From contig CAWCBP010000014.1 in assembly GCA_963793865.1 (NCBI GenBank), positions 224,001 through 288,000 of the forward strand: 64,000 nt of DNA, in the 5' to 3' direction. A model generated the notes under the pieces. That model saw only the letters and a list, made by a program, of their open reading frames with translations. It had not been told where the DNA came from and did not search any database. Both the position numbers and the translations under genes were made by a program. This DNA comes from an uncultured delta proteobacterium. Its GTDB lineage: Bacteria; Desulfobacterota; WTBG01. Shown here piece by piece: positions 1 to 10,149 of the stretch; the stretch's first letter is position 1; every line of letters starts with the position of its first letter.

Positions 1-987
1 CCGCGTGGAGTCATCCGCTTCTCTGGGGTGTGACCCGGGTGGTAATGGAAGAAAAGATGGACATCAGAACTCGTCCGGTTATCATGGCCACATCACCAAA
101 GGGATCAATTGATTTCAAACCGGGCAGTTTTTTTGCCTATCAGCCCGGCAGCATAGCGGCATTTCAAGCCACTAACGATTTTCTCGCGCAGGGGATCACC
201 GTATTCCGTGCCACTGAATCGTTTGACTGATCAGTACCATACAGTGAGTGCTGGTACTTTCATTGTCCCTCAAGATTGGGCGCTGGCGTGGGAATTAGTA
301 AATAAGTATAAGCTGGATATTTTTACTGTCAAAGAATTACCACAAACTGTTATGCAACTGACAAATCGGAGAATTGCAGTATATGCCGATGAAGGAACCA
401 CATACTGCTTGCGGGAGCTGGGATTTGCTTATGAAGAGCTGACCACCTCCAATCTCAATTCGGGAATTGATCTTTCCCAATACGATGTCTTAATCCACAG
501 CAAAAAGGGCTGGCTTAATCTTCTCAACGGTACAGGGCAATCGACTTTGAAGAATTTCATTGAGGCCGGTGGTGATTTTATCGGTGCCGGCTCAGGTGGC
601 GTAACATTTGCGGAAAGCACAGGACTTTTTGAGATCACTTTTCTGAGTGCAGTGGGAAACGGCATTGTAAACATACAATACGACCGCTTCGACCCGGTAG
701 CTGCCGGATTTCTTGAAGATAGCTATGCCTTTGTTTACGATCCCGTCTGGTTTTCAGACCTGGCAGCTGGCTTTAACATTGTTGCCACGCTCGAGGATGG
801 TGACTTCTTTGTCTCCGGATACTGGCCTGATTGGAAGAACAGTAATGCCAACGGTAAACCAATAATTGTTCGAGCTGAAGAGAATGGGCAGGACATCATG
901 CTCATCGGGAGTGATCCCACCTTCCGTGGACATCCCAGAAATGACTTCAGGGTTATAGGCAATGCAATCTATAGTGGATTGGAATAG
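1..987 (+). CDS. C-terminal part of an M14-like zinc carboxypeptidase-family protein with a class I glutamine-amidotransferase-like domain (5' truncated; apparent 1-nt frameshift near 225)
   Basis: ORFs 30..230 and 208..987 join (…VFRATESF/TDQYHTVSAGTFIVP). They contain LKNFIEAGGDFIGAGSG and the GSDPTFRGHP tail typical of these proteins. Confidence 0.55.
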
Positions 988-1088
988 CCTGAGGTACAGG
1001 ATCTTTTTAACAACCTCTGACGGAAGCTCACCGTGAGGTAAAGACGTGGCATCTGCGACGTGGGCATTGTAATGATAAGGGAGTGAGC

Positions 1089-2309
1089 ATGAGAAAAAGT
1101 AAAATGGTTTTACTGGCGCTAACCGTTTCTCTTGGTGTGCTTGTTTCGTGTGTAGCACTGTTCTTCAGGAGTTCCGGTTGCGGACCCGGCAGCGGATTTG
1201 CCACCGGTGAGAGAACAATCATGTCAAACGGCATTGAAAGGGTGTTCTATTTAAAGCTTCCCGAACATTACAATGCTCACATTTCTTACCCCCTCGTGTT
1301 TGCCTTCCATGGACTTGGCGGGGACTACACGCGGTGGACAGATGGTTATTACGACCTGCAAGAGGTGGTGGGTGACGAGGCCATTTTAGTATACCCCAAT
1401 GCGCTTTTAAAAAATAATCAGCCCCAGTGGGATTATGACACCGACCTGCTTTTTTTTGATGACCTTTACGCAGAGCTCGAAGCCAACCTTTGTTTTGACA
1501 TCAGAAAGGTATTCGCGGTGGGTCACAGCAATGGCGCGGGCATGGCCCATGCTCTTGGCTGTAAAAGGGGGAACATATTGAGGGCTATTGGCCCTGTGGC
1601 CGGCACCCTTACGGACTATGAAGGGCTCATCGGTCAGGTTGCGGTAATACAGATACACGGAAGTAATGATACTATAATGCCGGTGGAATCGGTCAAGCCC
1701 ACGCGCGACTACTGGATAGCAATAAACGGCTGCAACAAGGGAGAAACGGAAGAGGGGATGGATCCTGATTGCAAGGCATATAGCACCTGCGATCCCGGCT
1801 TTCCCGTGCAGTATTGTGAACATAGTGGCGGGCATGACTGGCCTGACTTTGCATCTGAGGCAATCTGGAGCTTCTTTCAAAACCTCCCGCCGGTAACCCC
1901 CTCTGACCAAACCGGGAGCGGGGATACTGAGGACCTGGGTAAGGGTACAATCAGTTTTAAAGTGCTCTACCCATCCGATTTTACGGGTACTCCCTATAAA
2001 GTGGCATTAGCCCTCTACCCGTATGACAGCGTTCAGCCCTTTGCCGGATCACCGTTATATTTATTGAATCTTGATATTCCGGTTGGAGATTACACCTTTG
2101 GTGAAGTTACAGACTACGGCACTGTGGAGATTAACCTGCTGGGTGTGGAATATGGCGACTATACGTTGGCAGTCGTCGTTTTTATTGAAGGCAGCAGCTA
2201 TCCCATGCCAAGCGATGGAATAGATTATATAGGTTTGCAGAATATTACTCTGGAGAGCGACACGCTTGAAGTTACCACACCTTTTGAATTAGAATTAGTG
2301 GAGTGGTAA
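1089..2309 (+). CDS. Secreted or membrane-anchored alpha/beta-hydrolase (PHB depolymerase/LpqC/feruloyl-esterase-like) with a C-terminal beta-rich domain
   Basis: N-terminal hydrophobic segment, YPLVFAFHG, nucleophile GHSNG, IHGSND, GGHDWP. Confidence 0.75.
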   Translation: MRKSKMVLLALTVSLGVLVSCVALFFRSSGCGPGSGFATGERTIMSNGIERVFYLKLPEHYNAHISYPLVFAFHGLGGDYTRWTDGYYDLQEVVGDEAILVYPNALLKNNQPQWDYDTDLLFFDDLYAELEANLCFDIRKVFAVGHSNGAGMAHALGCKRGNILRAIGPVAGTLTDYEGLIGQVAVIQIHGSNDTIMPVESVKPTRDYWIAINGCNKGETEEGMDPDCKAYSTCDPGFPVQYCEHSGGHDWPDFASEAIWSFFQNLPPVTPSDQTGSGDTEDLGKGTISFKVLYPSDFTGTPYKVALALYPYDSVQPFAGSPLYLLNLDIPVGDYTFGEVTDYGTVEINLLGVEYGDYTLAVVVFIEGSSYPMPSDGIDYIGLQNITLESDTLEVTTPFELELVEW

Positions 2310-2424
2310 TAAAACAACCCAACACTACTGCATGCAGCCGTTTGCCACTACTTATCCCACCATATTTGCAGTAATGTTAAAAATTTATCATTTCTTCGAT
2401 ATTACTAAATCTGGTATCTGTCTT

Positions 2425-2466
2425 AAAAAGAAAAGCCCCCACAGCCTCTGAGCTGCGAGGGCTTTG
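2425..2466 (-). terminator. Rho-independent terminator between convergent genes
   Basis: Minus strand AAAGCCCTCGCAGC-TCAGAG-GCTGTGGGGGCTTT followed by a U-rich tract. Confidence 0.7.
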
Positions 2467-2483
2467 ATTTTCGAATTTAGTGA

Positions 2484-3947
2484 TTAGGGATACACGCACC
2501 ACGGATCCGTCGGACAGATGGGGCATGGGTTGCCGGTAATCTTGCTTCTGCCGAAATCTGTTTTGAACAGTGACGCATTAGTTCCGTCCACATCGGTATC
2601 ACACTCAAAGTCGCCATTGCAGGGAAGCGCGTTGGTACAGGGATTACCACTGATTTTACTTCTGCCAAAATCAGCTTTGAAAGTTGATGCATCGGTGCCG
2701 TCAACGTCTGTGTCACAGTCAAAATCCCCCTTGCACAGAGCAGAGCAGCCTTCCGATGGGCACAGCTTGAAAAGCTCTCCGCCGAGGTCAACGATATAAA
2801 GCTCCCCATTTCCATCTTCTCCGAATGATGCAATACTGTCTATTGTGATGCCGTTGCCGGGATTAAGCTCCGCTGTCCGGTCGGTAAATGAGGTCAGGTT
2901 AAACCCGTCGTAGCGAAAGGACCATATTTGACCACTGCAAAAATCGGCAAAGAAATAGGTGCCCTGAAGACCGGCGATGTCACTGCCCCGGTACACATAT
3001 CCCCCTGTCACGGAGCAGCGGAAGGGGGTTCCTCCATGGGTGTATTCATGGATGGGATAGGTGAGTCCGCCGGGATCGCAGTTGACCGGCGGATTGTAGC
3101 AATGGGCGCCTTCCAAAAGCCTCCAGCCGTAGTTTTCGCCGCCGGTGCTGAGCGTCGGTTGAAAGTCTATTTCCTCATAGGCACTCTGCCCAACGTCCGC
3201 AATGTACAGATCGCCGGTAAGCCTATCGAAACTGAACCGCCAAGGGTTCCTCAAACCCTTTGCCCAAATTTCATCAAGGGGATCCCCTGGTCCTATATAG
3301 GGATTGTCAGGCGGTATGGCGTAGGGCTGCGTGCTATCCACGTCGATCCTGAGCAATTTACCCAGGAGCTCACCGTCATTTTGTGCCCTGTTATCTGGAT
3401 CTCCTGCCGAACCACCGTCGCCCATGCCGATATAGAGGTATCCGTCATTAGGTCCGAAGGCCAGCATTCCGCCGTTGTGGTTTGCATAGGGCTGGGGTAT
3501 GGTCATGAGTATGAGAGCGCTGTCGAGATCGGCAACATCAGGATTCCCCGAGACCGAGTAACGCGCCACAACGGTGTTGCCGGCATTGTCGGTATAGTTT
3601 ACATAAAAATAGCCATTGACCTGGTAGTCGGGATGGAAGGCAAGCCCCAGGAGTCCCCGTTCGCTTCCGCTGTCGATGACCAGGCTGTTGATGTCGAGGA
3701 AAGGTGTCGCCAACGCCACACCTCCCTTTAAGATCTTTATTTGTGCCGTGTATTGTTCCAGCACGAAAAGCCGTATCGCATCGCCGGGGGGCGCAGTAAC
3801 GAAAACTGGACGTGTTAATCCGGAGGCAATCCTCTCTGTTTGAAGCGCAAGAGCGTTGCAGTAAAAGAAACATGTGAAGAAAAAGACAAGGAACATCGCA
3901 ATACACATAACCATTTTTCTAACCGGAGCTGTGCTTTTTATGTTCAT
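2484..3947 (-). CDS. Secreted PQQ-dependent sugar dehydrogenase (glucose/sorbosone dehydrogenase family) with a Cys-rich dockerin-like C-terminal module
   Basis: ERGLLGLAFHP, NHNGGMLAFGP, GDGG, GLRNPWRFSFD, YGW motifs; signal peptide; duplicated GDFxCDxDVDGxxAxxFKxDFGRS tail. Confidence 0.85.
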   Translation of the reverse strand: MNIKSTAPVRKMVMCIAMFLVFFFTCFFYCNALALQTERIASGLTRPVFVTAPPGDAIRLFVLEQYTAQIKILKGGVALATPFLDINSLVIDSGSERGLLGLAFHPDYQVNGYFYVNYTDNAGNTVVARYSVSGNPDVADLDSALILMTIPQPYANHNGGMLAFGPNDGYLYIGMGDGGSAGDPDNRAQNDGELLGKLLRIDVDSTQPYAIPPDNPYIGPGDPLDEIWAKGLRNPWRFSFDRLTGDLYIADVGQSAYEEIDFQPTLSTGGENYGWRLLEGAHCYNPPVNCDPGGLTYPIHEYTHGGTPFRCSVTGGYVYRGSDIAGLQGTYFFADFCSGQIWSFRYDGFNLTSFTDRTAELNPGNGITIDSIASFGEDGNGELYIVDLGGELFKLCPSEGCSALCKGDFDCDTDVDGTDASTFKADFGRSKISGNPCTNALPCNGDFECDTDVDGTNASLFKTDFGRSKITGNPCPICPTDPWCVYP

Positions 3948-4334
3948 TGCGTCACCCTTTTTGGTATAGATAAGGTTATCCCTTCCGTGCCTAGCCATTA
4001 TGCCCTTCATTATCCCATTCACTAATATATCACAAAAGAAAGCACGATTCCAGCTGGCCTACAATCGGCGGAGAGGCTATTTCGCAGGATTTCAGTACTA
4101 AAACACTCAGTAACTGGTGGCAGATGAAAATTTACACTATAAGCTCTAACATGCAGTCCTCGTTTATGTAGTCAACATTGATCTTTTTGCAAGTAAGGTT
4201 AAATACTCCGATACCGCAGATTACATATCGTAGTAGACACTATTCTTGTATTGAGATATTCACCCTTCTTGCCAGTTCTCTTGTAAATTTCCTTCAATCA
4301 TAGCACCGCTACATTTTGTGCATGGTATGTATAG

Positions 4335-4368
4335 AAAAAGCCCCTCAGAATTGTTCCCGAGAGGCTTT
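4335..4368 (-). terminator. Rho-independent terminator
   Basis: Minus strand AAAGCCTCTCGGGAA-CAA-TTCTGAGGGGCTTTTT just after the 4391 stop. Confidence 0.75.
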
Positions 4369-4390
4369 GTCAGTCTAAAGCATACATTCA

Positions 4391-6193
4391 TTATGGTAAT
4401 GGATAACTACACCACGCTACCCCAGCTATACAAGCAGGACATGGTTTTTGCATTGAACTACGGCCGAAGTCGGATTTGAACAGGGCTGCATCAGAACCAT
4501 CCACATTGCCATTACAGGAAAAATCACCGTTGCATGGACTTTCATTATTACAGGGGTCTAATATTGTGCTTCTCCCGAAAGCTGCCTTGAATAAGGCTGC
4601 ATCGCTACCATCAACATCGCTGTCGGTATCGCAGTTAAAGTTACCCTCGCAATCGCAGGCGTCCCCTATGCCGTTTCCCTGTGGAGGAAATGTATCTTCC
4701 TGATTCATGCTGCAAATTCCATTAGCACCGCATGCCGCATCAGCAATGCAGGTGCTTCCTATCTTGCCAGAAGTGCAAGTGCCTAAGTACGGCCCATTTG
4801 GCATATTAGAACAGTTATCTCCATCAGCCAGGAATGAACTACTTTGTATACTGCCTGCCATTGTCCCACCAGGATTGGACTCGACTCCATCACCATCAAT
4901 GTCACTTGGGTCTTCGTAGTAACATGGAACCGAAGTGTTTATCACAATGTCTTGAGGTATAGTATCTGTATCAAAAATGGTGACTTCTTGGAAATCGGCA
5001 GTAAAATTAATATCCTGACTTGTAATGCCAGCATCGTGTTCAGTTGCATATGTAGTATTTATGATGCCACAATCAGGAATCTCTCCATTGCTGTCGAGTT
5101 TTAGTATCATTAAATCCCCAATGATAGTCCCAAAGGAAGATGTGTTGCCTGCTACGATGATTCCTCCATCCATGGTCTGCCCAAAGTAAACACCAAAATC
5201 ACCATTTGTCCCTCCATAGGATTTTTGCCATATAATATTTCCGCTACTGTTAACATGTAAGATAAAAACATCCCACCCATGTAACGATTTCGAACCAACT
5301 ACATTATAACCTCCATCCGAGGTTTGTTTAATACCAGAAGCTAGACTTGTTCCATATGGATAGCTCCTTTGCCAAATAATACCGCCATCAGCATCCAGTT
5401 TTAAAACCATCGCTGAATCATTAGTTACCCCAGCTACAATGTACCCTCCATCAGCAGTTTGCTGGATTGAAGAAGCACTACTGAAAGATTCGTTTCCATA
5501 GGACTTCTGCCAGATAATATTTCCATCATTATCCAGATTGAGGATACACACGCTGTAATTACTTGTAAGAGCAGCATGCACAGTTAAAATATAACCGCCA
5601 TCACTAGTTTGTACAACAGTATCGGCTCCTTCATAATAGGATAAATTAAATTGCTTAACCCATGTAATATTTCCAGCACTATTTAATTTAAGAATCTCTA
5701 CCACTTCTCCGCCATCGTTATTAAGATAGTCACCAGATGCGATATAGCCCCCATCCGTCGTTTGCTGTATAGACGTGAACTGAACCACTCCATTATAAGC
5801 TTTCTGCCAGCTTATATCACCATTGCCATCAAGCTTTAATATCCAGCCTTTGACAGAGCTTGTTAGGTCAGTCCAACCTGCTAGGACATATCCCCCATCC
5901 GTAGTTTGCTGTATTGATGTAGCAAAATTTGAATTGCCATAGCGATAGGTTTTCTTCCATGAAACATTTCCATTCGTATCAATCTTCAGTACGAGAAGGT
6001 CGATTAACCATCCATCAAACGATTTAGTATACCCAGCAGCAATATATCCTCCATCCATTGTTTGCTGAATACAATACATAACATCTTCATTACTCCCCCC
6101 ATATGTTTTAATCCATTGCTGTGAAACAGGGCTGGCATAAGAAGGAGTAGTCAGAGCCATCAATAATGCAATGATTATAAGTGACTTCTTCAT
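4391..6193 (-). CDS. Secreted beta-propeller repeat protein with TSP3-like Asp/Cys linker and Cys-rich dockerin-like C-terminal module
   Basis: Signal peptide MKKSLIIIALLMALTTPSYA; about 7 repeats of SIQQTxDGGYIxxG…ILKLDxxGNIIWQKSYG; same C-terminal module as 2484 and 43131; visibly AT-rich. Confidence 0.75.
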   Translation of the reverse strand: MKKSLIIIALLMALTTPSYASPVSQQWIKTYGGSNEDVMYCIQQTMDGGYIAAGYTKSFDGWLIDLLVLKIDTNGNVSWKKTYRYGNSNFATSIQQTTDGGYVLAGWTDLTSSVKGWILKLDGNGDISWQKAYNGVVQFTSIQQTTDGGYIASGDYLNNDGGEVVEILKLNSAGNITWVKQFNLSYYEGADTVVQTSDGGYILTVHAALTSNYSVCILNLDNDGNIIWQKSYGNESFSSASSIQQTADGGYIVAGVTNDSAMVLKLDADGGIIWQRSYPYGTSLASGIKQTSDGGYNVVGSKSLHGWDVFILHVNSSGNIIWQKSYGGTNGDFGVYFGQTMDGGIIVAGNTSSFGTIIGDLMILKLDSNGEIPDCGIINTTYATEHDAGITSQDINFTADFQEVTIFDTDTIPQDIVINTSVPCYYEDPSDIDGDGVESNPGGTMAGSIQSSSFLADGDNCSNMPNGPYLGTCTSGKIGSTCIADAACGANGICSMNQEDTFPPQGNGIGDACDCEGNFNCDTDSDVDGSDAALFKAAFGRSTILDPCNNESPCNGDFSCNGNVDGSDAALFKSDFGRSSMQKPCPACIAGVAWCSYPLP

Positions 6194-6653
6194 ACCCTTA
6201 CCCTCCATCAAAATAATTAAACCCCACCTTCTCAGACTTCTCCATCTGAGAAAAAGCGGGGCTATGTCAACAAGTACGTTCATTGGAGCACCTTTAAAGA
6301 GCCTTCGGACATTTAAATTAAAGCATAGAATCCCTCTTTTATCAATGTAATTTATAGACCTGTATTCTTGGACATTAATATTCTATATATGGGGTTTCCC
6401 ATAATGAGCCGTCTTCTGCTACCTTATACCAAAAATCTGAGTTTCAGATAATGCCCAAGATACGCCCTGCAAACATCCGTAGATCGAGGGAGATGATTTA
6501 TGCAGGTTACTACCATTAATGCGTAACAAAAGGCAGCTGAGCAGGTGGTCGCTATTACGTTATGAAATGTCGAATGTGAAGGATGGAGGGCCACGCTCTG
6601 CGTGGTCGAAGATTATGTCGGCAGATGCATGGTTTGTTACTCCAAGAGTTCCT

Positions 6654-6827
6654 GGATCCTGTGATCAAGTCATAGGATGACGACAAGGAAAGTGAAAAGG
6701 AGGGATGCTTCGCGAAGCCAGCCCTGAGTGTAATGATGAGATTCTGCACTGCGCTCAGAATGACAGGTGGAGAGCTCAACATGTCAGGATGCAGTAGGTT
6801 TGTCATCCTGAGTGAAACGAAGGATCT
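6654..6827. repeat. Cluster of short palindromic intergenic repeats
   Basis: GGATCCTGTGATCAAGTCATAGGATGAC; AGATTCTGCACTGCGCTCAGAATGACA (6739-6765) with its inverted partner TGTCATCCTGAGTGAAACGAAGGATCT (6801-6827). Confidence 0.55.
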
Positions 6828-6828
6828 G

Positions 6829-7402
6829 CTAATAATTTTCTGCGAGCACCTCAAAGTGTGCGCGGGGATGTTTGCACACCGGACACAGTTCAGGTGCCTC
6901 CTTTCCTTCAAACACATAGCCGCAGTTCCGGCAGTGCCATTGTACCGGGAGCATCCTTTTTGAATACCTTCCCTTCCTTGACGGCCTTCAGGAGAGCCAC
7001 ATACCGCGATTCGTGATATTTTTCCACCTTTGCGACCTGCGTGAAGGTTGCAGCAGCTTCTGAAAAACCCTCCTTTTGGGCGGTGTCGGCAAAGTTCTGG
7101 TAGAGCGTTGTCCATTCAAGCCTCTCACCGTCGGCTGCGGCCTTCAAGTTTGCTGCCGTATCGCTTATCATACCTGCCGGGTAAGAAGCGACAATTTCCG
7201 TTTCCCCGCCCTGGAGCAGGCTAAAGAAAAGCTTGGCATGCTCTTTCTCGTTGTCGGCCGTTTCGAGAAAGATGGCGGCAATTTGTTCGTAACCCTCTTT
7301 TCTGGCTTTGCCGGCAAAGTAGGTGTAACGGTTCCTGGCCTGGGATTCACCGGCAAAAGCGGCCAAAAGATTTTTTTCTGTCTGACTTCCTTTCAGATTC
7401 AT
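6829..7402 (-). CDS. rbr: Rubrerythrin (1-nt frameshift near 6948)
   Basis: [16 protein letters not shown], ExxH motifs. Removing one base in CCCGG restores WHCRNCGY…[17 protein letters not shown], the rubredoxin-like tail. Confidence 0.9.
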
Positions 7403-7436
7403 GCTTCTTTCCCCCTATATGGTTGTGGCTCATACA

Positions 7437-8336
7437 TTAAACACCATAGTATCCGGCACGCCAGAAGGAGTCGAGAAAATATTTTTCAAATTCCTCCTGG
7501 TCGCCAAAGAGAATGAGACCAAGCCCGACAGCGGTATCTTCCGCAATCAGCACATCCATCACTACCTCCGTACCTTCTTTCGTCCCGTCAATTAAGGCAG
7601 AGTCATCTTCAGCCTCCAAACGGGCAAGGCTGATCAGGTAGGCATCGGTATAGAGCTTGAATGCCGCGAGCGCGGCATCATAATAGGCCTTGCGCTCATT
7701 TTCATCATCGGTTTCAGGTTCTTCAATCTCTATCCGGTAATCTTCCCACTTGTAGGGTACGAGATGCTGGGTATATTTGCCGCGGTCTTCGCCCGTCCGC
7801 TGGTATGGCGCAACCAGGGCATGTCCCTGCTCAAGCTTTTCGATCTGGTCGCCAAAAAATTCTACCCAGTCGATGGAATCCTTGTTCACATTCCAGAAAT
7901 CCATGCTGAAGGAGGTGTCCATACCCGCCATGCCCTTGAGCGCGTCTCCATGCATGAAGGGGGCGCGCAGGTTGGCCTTCGGCCGGACGGTGAATGCCAC
8001 GTCGGTAAAATTTTCCGAATCGGGCGGGACTTCAAACTGGCTGATGGAGGCCACTGCCATGGCATCGCTCTCATACGAATACAGATGAACTTCCAGCTGT
8101 TTCGAACCAAACACCAGCCGGGGGATGAGAGAAAGCTTCAAAATATAGTTGTCATAATACTGGGCAATGTCCTCCCGTTCCGCAATGCCTTCCATCTCAT
8201 TCAGTTTCTCCTGCAGGTAGACGCGCATGTCCTCATAGAGGTTGTAATCCTCTTCAGGCGGTTTGGTGCAGCCATTGAAGACAAACGTCATTGCCAATGC
8301 TATCACGATTACTGAAAATGTTTTGCAGATGTTCAT
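7437..8336 (-). CDS. Lipoprotein with predicted ferredoxin-dependent bilin reductase (PcyA/RCCR)-like fold
   Basis: Lipobox FVFNG-C; FTVRPKANLRAPFMHGD resembles the FDBR (F)PxxxxxxPxFGxD strand; C-terminal YTDAYL…D…LFG pattern. Confidence 0.45.
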   Translation of the reverse strand: MNICKTFSVIVIALAMTFVFNGCTKPPEEDYNLYEDMRVYLQEKLNEMEGIAEREDIAQYYDNYILKLSLIPRLVFGSKQLEVHLYSYESDAMAVASISQFEVPPDSENFTDVAFTVRPKANLRAPFMHGDALKGMAGMDTSFSMDFWNVNKDSIDWVEFFGDQIEKLEQGHALVAPYQRTGEDRGKYTQHLVPYKWEDYRIEIEEPETDDENERKAYYDAALAAFKLYTDAYLISLARLEAEDDSALIDGTKEGTEVVMDVLIAEDTAVGLGLILFGDQEEFEKYFLDSFWRAGYYGV

Positions 8337-8395
8337 AACATGCCTCCTTCCGGTTAAAGGGTATCTGATAATTCCAGCCAAAGATATTTGAAATT

Positions 8396-8440
8396 CCGGT
8401 AGGCGCGATGCATTCGCGGCTGCAAGCCGCTCCTACCGGA
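8396..8440. repeat. GTAG-family REP-like palindrome
   Basis: GGTAGGCGCGATGCATTCGCGGCTGCAAGCCGCTCCTACC; related copies at 15885, 18981, 24921, 26510 and 39326. Confidence 0.75.
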
Positions 8441-8666
8441 TACCAACGCTCTTGAGAAAAAAATTCTCAGATCAGCATATGATTATCTATTAATAGGCTT
8501 CGCGCGCACTGTCAAGGTAAAAATCCTTAACACAGATAGCGCATATCACATGAGTTGTTGTGGGATGTTCTCTCATTAAATCCTGTGAGAATTCCGGCAA
8601 ATGTGCTATAGAGGGATGAAAAAAGTTTGCAGTTTCACTGTCAATCTTTAAGAAAGGTGGTTGTGT

Positions 8667-9227
8667 ATGAGTGAAAAGTCCCCCGTCATCCCAAACGTGC
8701 TGAAGAGAGAGGAGAGCGTTCTTGTCGTTATCGACATACAGGAAAAGCTGATGCCCACAATCGCTGAAAGCAGCAAGGTGATCCATAACACCGTTCGGCT
8801 GCTTCAATATGCAAAGATCATTGGTCTTCCGGTTATTCTGTCAGAGCAGGATAAGCTGGGAGCCACCGTTCCGGAGATCAAGCAGGAGCTTGCAGGTTGT
8901 ACGCCGGCTGTAAAAATAACCTTTGATGCCCTCCTCTGCGATGCCTTCGCCGAACAGCTCCACAAGCTGAACAGGAAGGCGATCATTCTAACCGGGGTCG
9001 AAACACACGTTTGCGTCACCCAAACCGCGCTTCATGCCCTCCCTGATTATTCGGTCCACGTGGTGAGCGATGCCGTTTCCTCGCGCACCCAGGAGAACTG
9101 GAAAGTGGGCCTGGAGAGAATGCGGCAGCATGGCGCCGTTGTTACCTCCACCGAGATGGTAATGTTTGAGCTGCTCAAGCGGGCGGGAACCGATGAGTTC
9201 AAGAAGGTGCTGCCGCTGGTGAGATGA
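8667..9227 (+). CDS. Isochorismatase-family cysteine hydrolase (YcaC-like)
   Basis: LVVIDIQEKL, GVETHVCVTQT, VVSDAVSSR, STEMVMFELL. Confidence 0.9.
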   Translation: MSEKSPVIPNVLKREESVLVVIDIQEKLMPTIAESSKVIHNTVRLLQYAKIIGLPVILSEQDKLGATVPEIKQELAGCTPAVKITFDALLCDAFAEQLHKLNRKAIILTGVETHVCVTQTALHALPDYSVHVVSDAVSSRTQENWKVGLERMRQHGAVVTSTEMVMFELLKRAGTDEFKKVLPLVR

Positions 9228-9228
9228 A

Positions 9229-10149
9229 GTGGACGGCAATCCCGGGAGAAGAAGGATGCTGGTCATCGGTGCCGCGGGCCTGGTGGGCGGAAACCTGCTT
9301 CGTCTCAGTTCCCGCTATCAATGTACTGTCATCCCAACCTTCCATACCTATTCTCCGACCGGATATCCTCAAACCGCGCTGAATCTGGATATAACCAACC
9401 CTGATGCGGTACAAAAAGGATTGGAAGTATCACGTCCCGACTGCGTGGTTAATCTGAGCTGCATGGAAGTAGCTCAATCTGAAGCGGATCCGGCGCGGGC
9501 CCGTGAGGTCCATGCAGCAGGAGCAAGAGAGCTTGCGCGTGCCTGCAGAGACCATGAAATCCGTCTCATTCATCTCTCAACCGACATGGTTTACAGCGGA
9601 AAGAAGGGGATTCCGTACACACTCGAGGATGAACCGAACCCCATTTCCGTTTACGGACGCACCAAGCTTGAAGGTGAAGCGGTTCTTCGGGAAACCGGGG
9701 GCAACTGTGTTATTGTGAGGAGCGCGCTCGTCCTGGGCAGAGACAGATTCAGGAATCGGGGATTCATGGAATGGATGGTTGATAAAGCTACGAAAGGTGA
9801 GCCGCTCCCGCTTTATGCCGACCAGCTCAGGACCCCTATTGTGGTTGATGATCTGGTGGATGTCATTTTCAGGCTGGCGGCATCATCCTTTACCGGCACC
9901 ATTCTTGCCGGCGGTGATGAAGGCCTCAACCGGGTGGAAATAGGCAGGAAGCTCTTATCGGCCATGAGATGTTCCCACGGGTTGATACAACCAATTCTTG
10001 CGACTGAACAAAAATCCCCGGTGCCGCTCCAGCTTGATTTGCGATTGGATAACAGCAGCCTGAAAAAGATACTTGACGGGAAAGAGCTAATGCGGCTGGA
10101 TGATTATTTTGCGGGTTTGTTTAAATCCCCTCACCCCTTTATCCCTTGA
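9229..10149 (+). CDS. dTDP-4-dehydrorhamnose reductase (RmlD)-family SDR
   Basis: GAAGLVG, HLSTDMVY, YGRTKLEGE, DQLRTP. Confidence 0.85.
   Translation: MDGNPGRRRMLVIGAAGLVGGNLLRLSSRYQCTVIPTFHTYSPTGYPQTALNLDITNPDAVQKGLEVSRPDCVVNLSCMEVAQSEADPARAREVHAAGARELARACRDHEIRLIHLSTDMVYSGKKGIPYTLEDEPNPISVYGRTKLEGEAVLRETGGNCVIVRSALVLGRDRFRNRGFMEWMVDKATKGEPLPLYADQLRTPIVVDDLVDVIFRLAASSFTGTILAGGDEGLNRVEIGRKLLSAMRCSHGLIQPILATEQKSPVPLQLDLRLDNSSLKKILDGKELMRLDDYFAGLFKSPHPFIP

Noticed and set aside
6555..7115. 186-aa minus-strand ORF
   Set aside because: It overlaps rubrerythrin out of frame and reads through palindromic repeats
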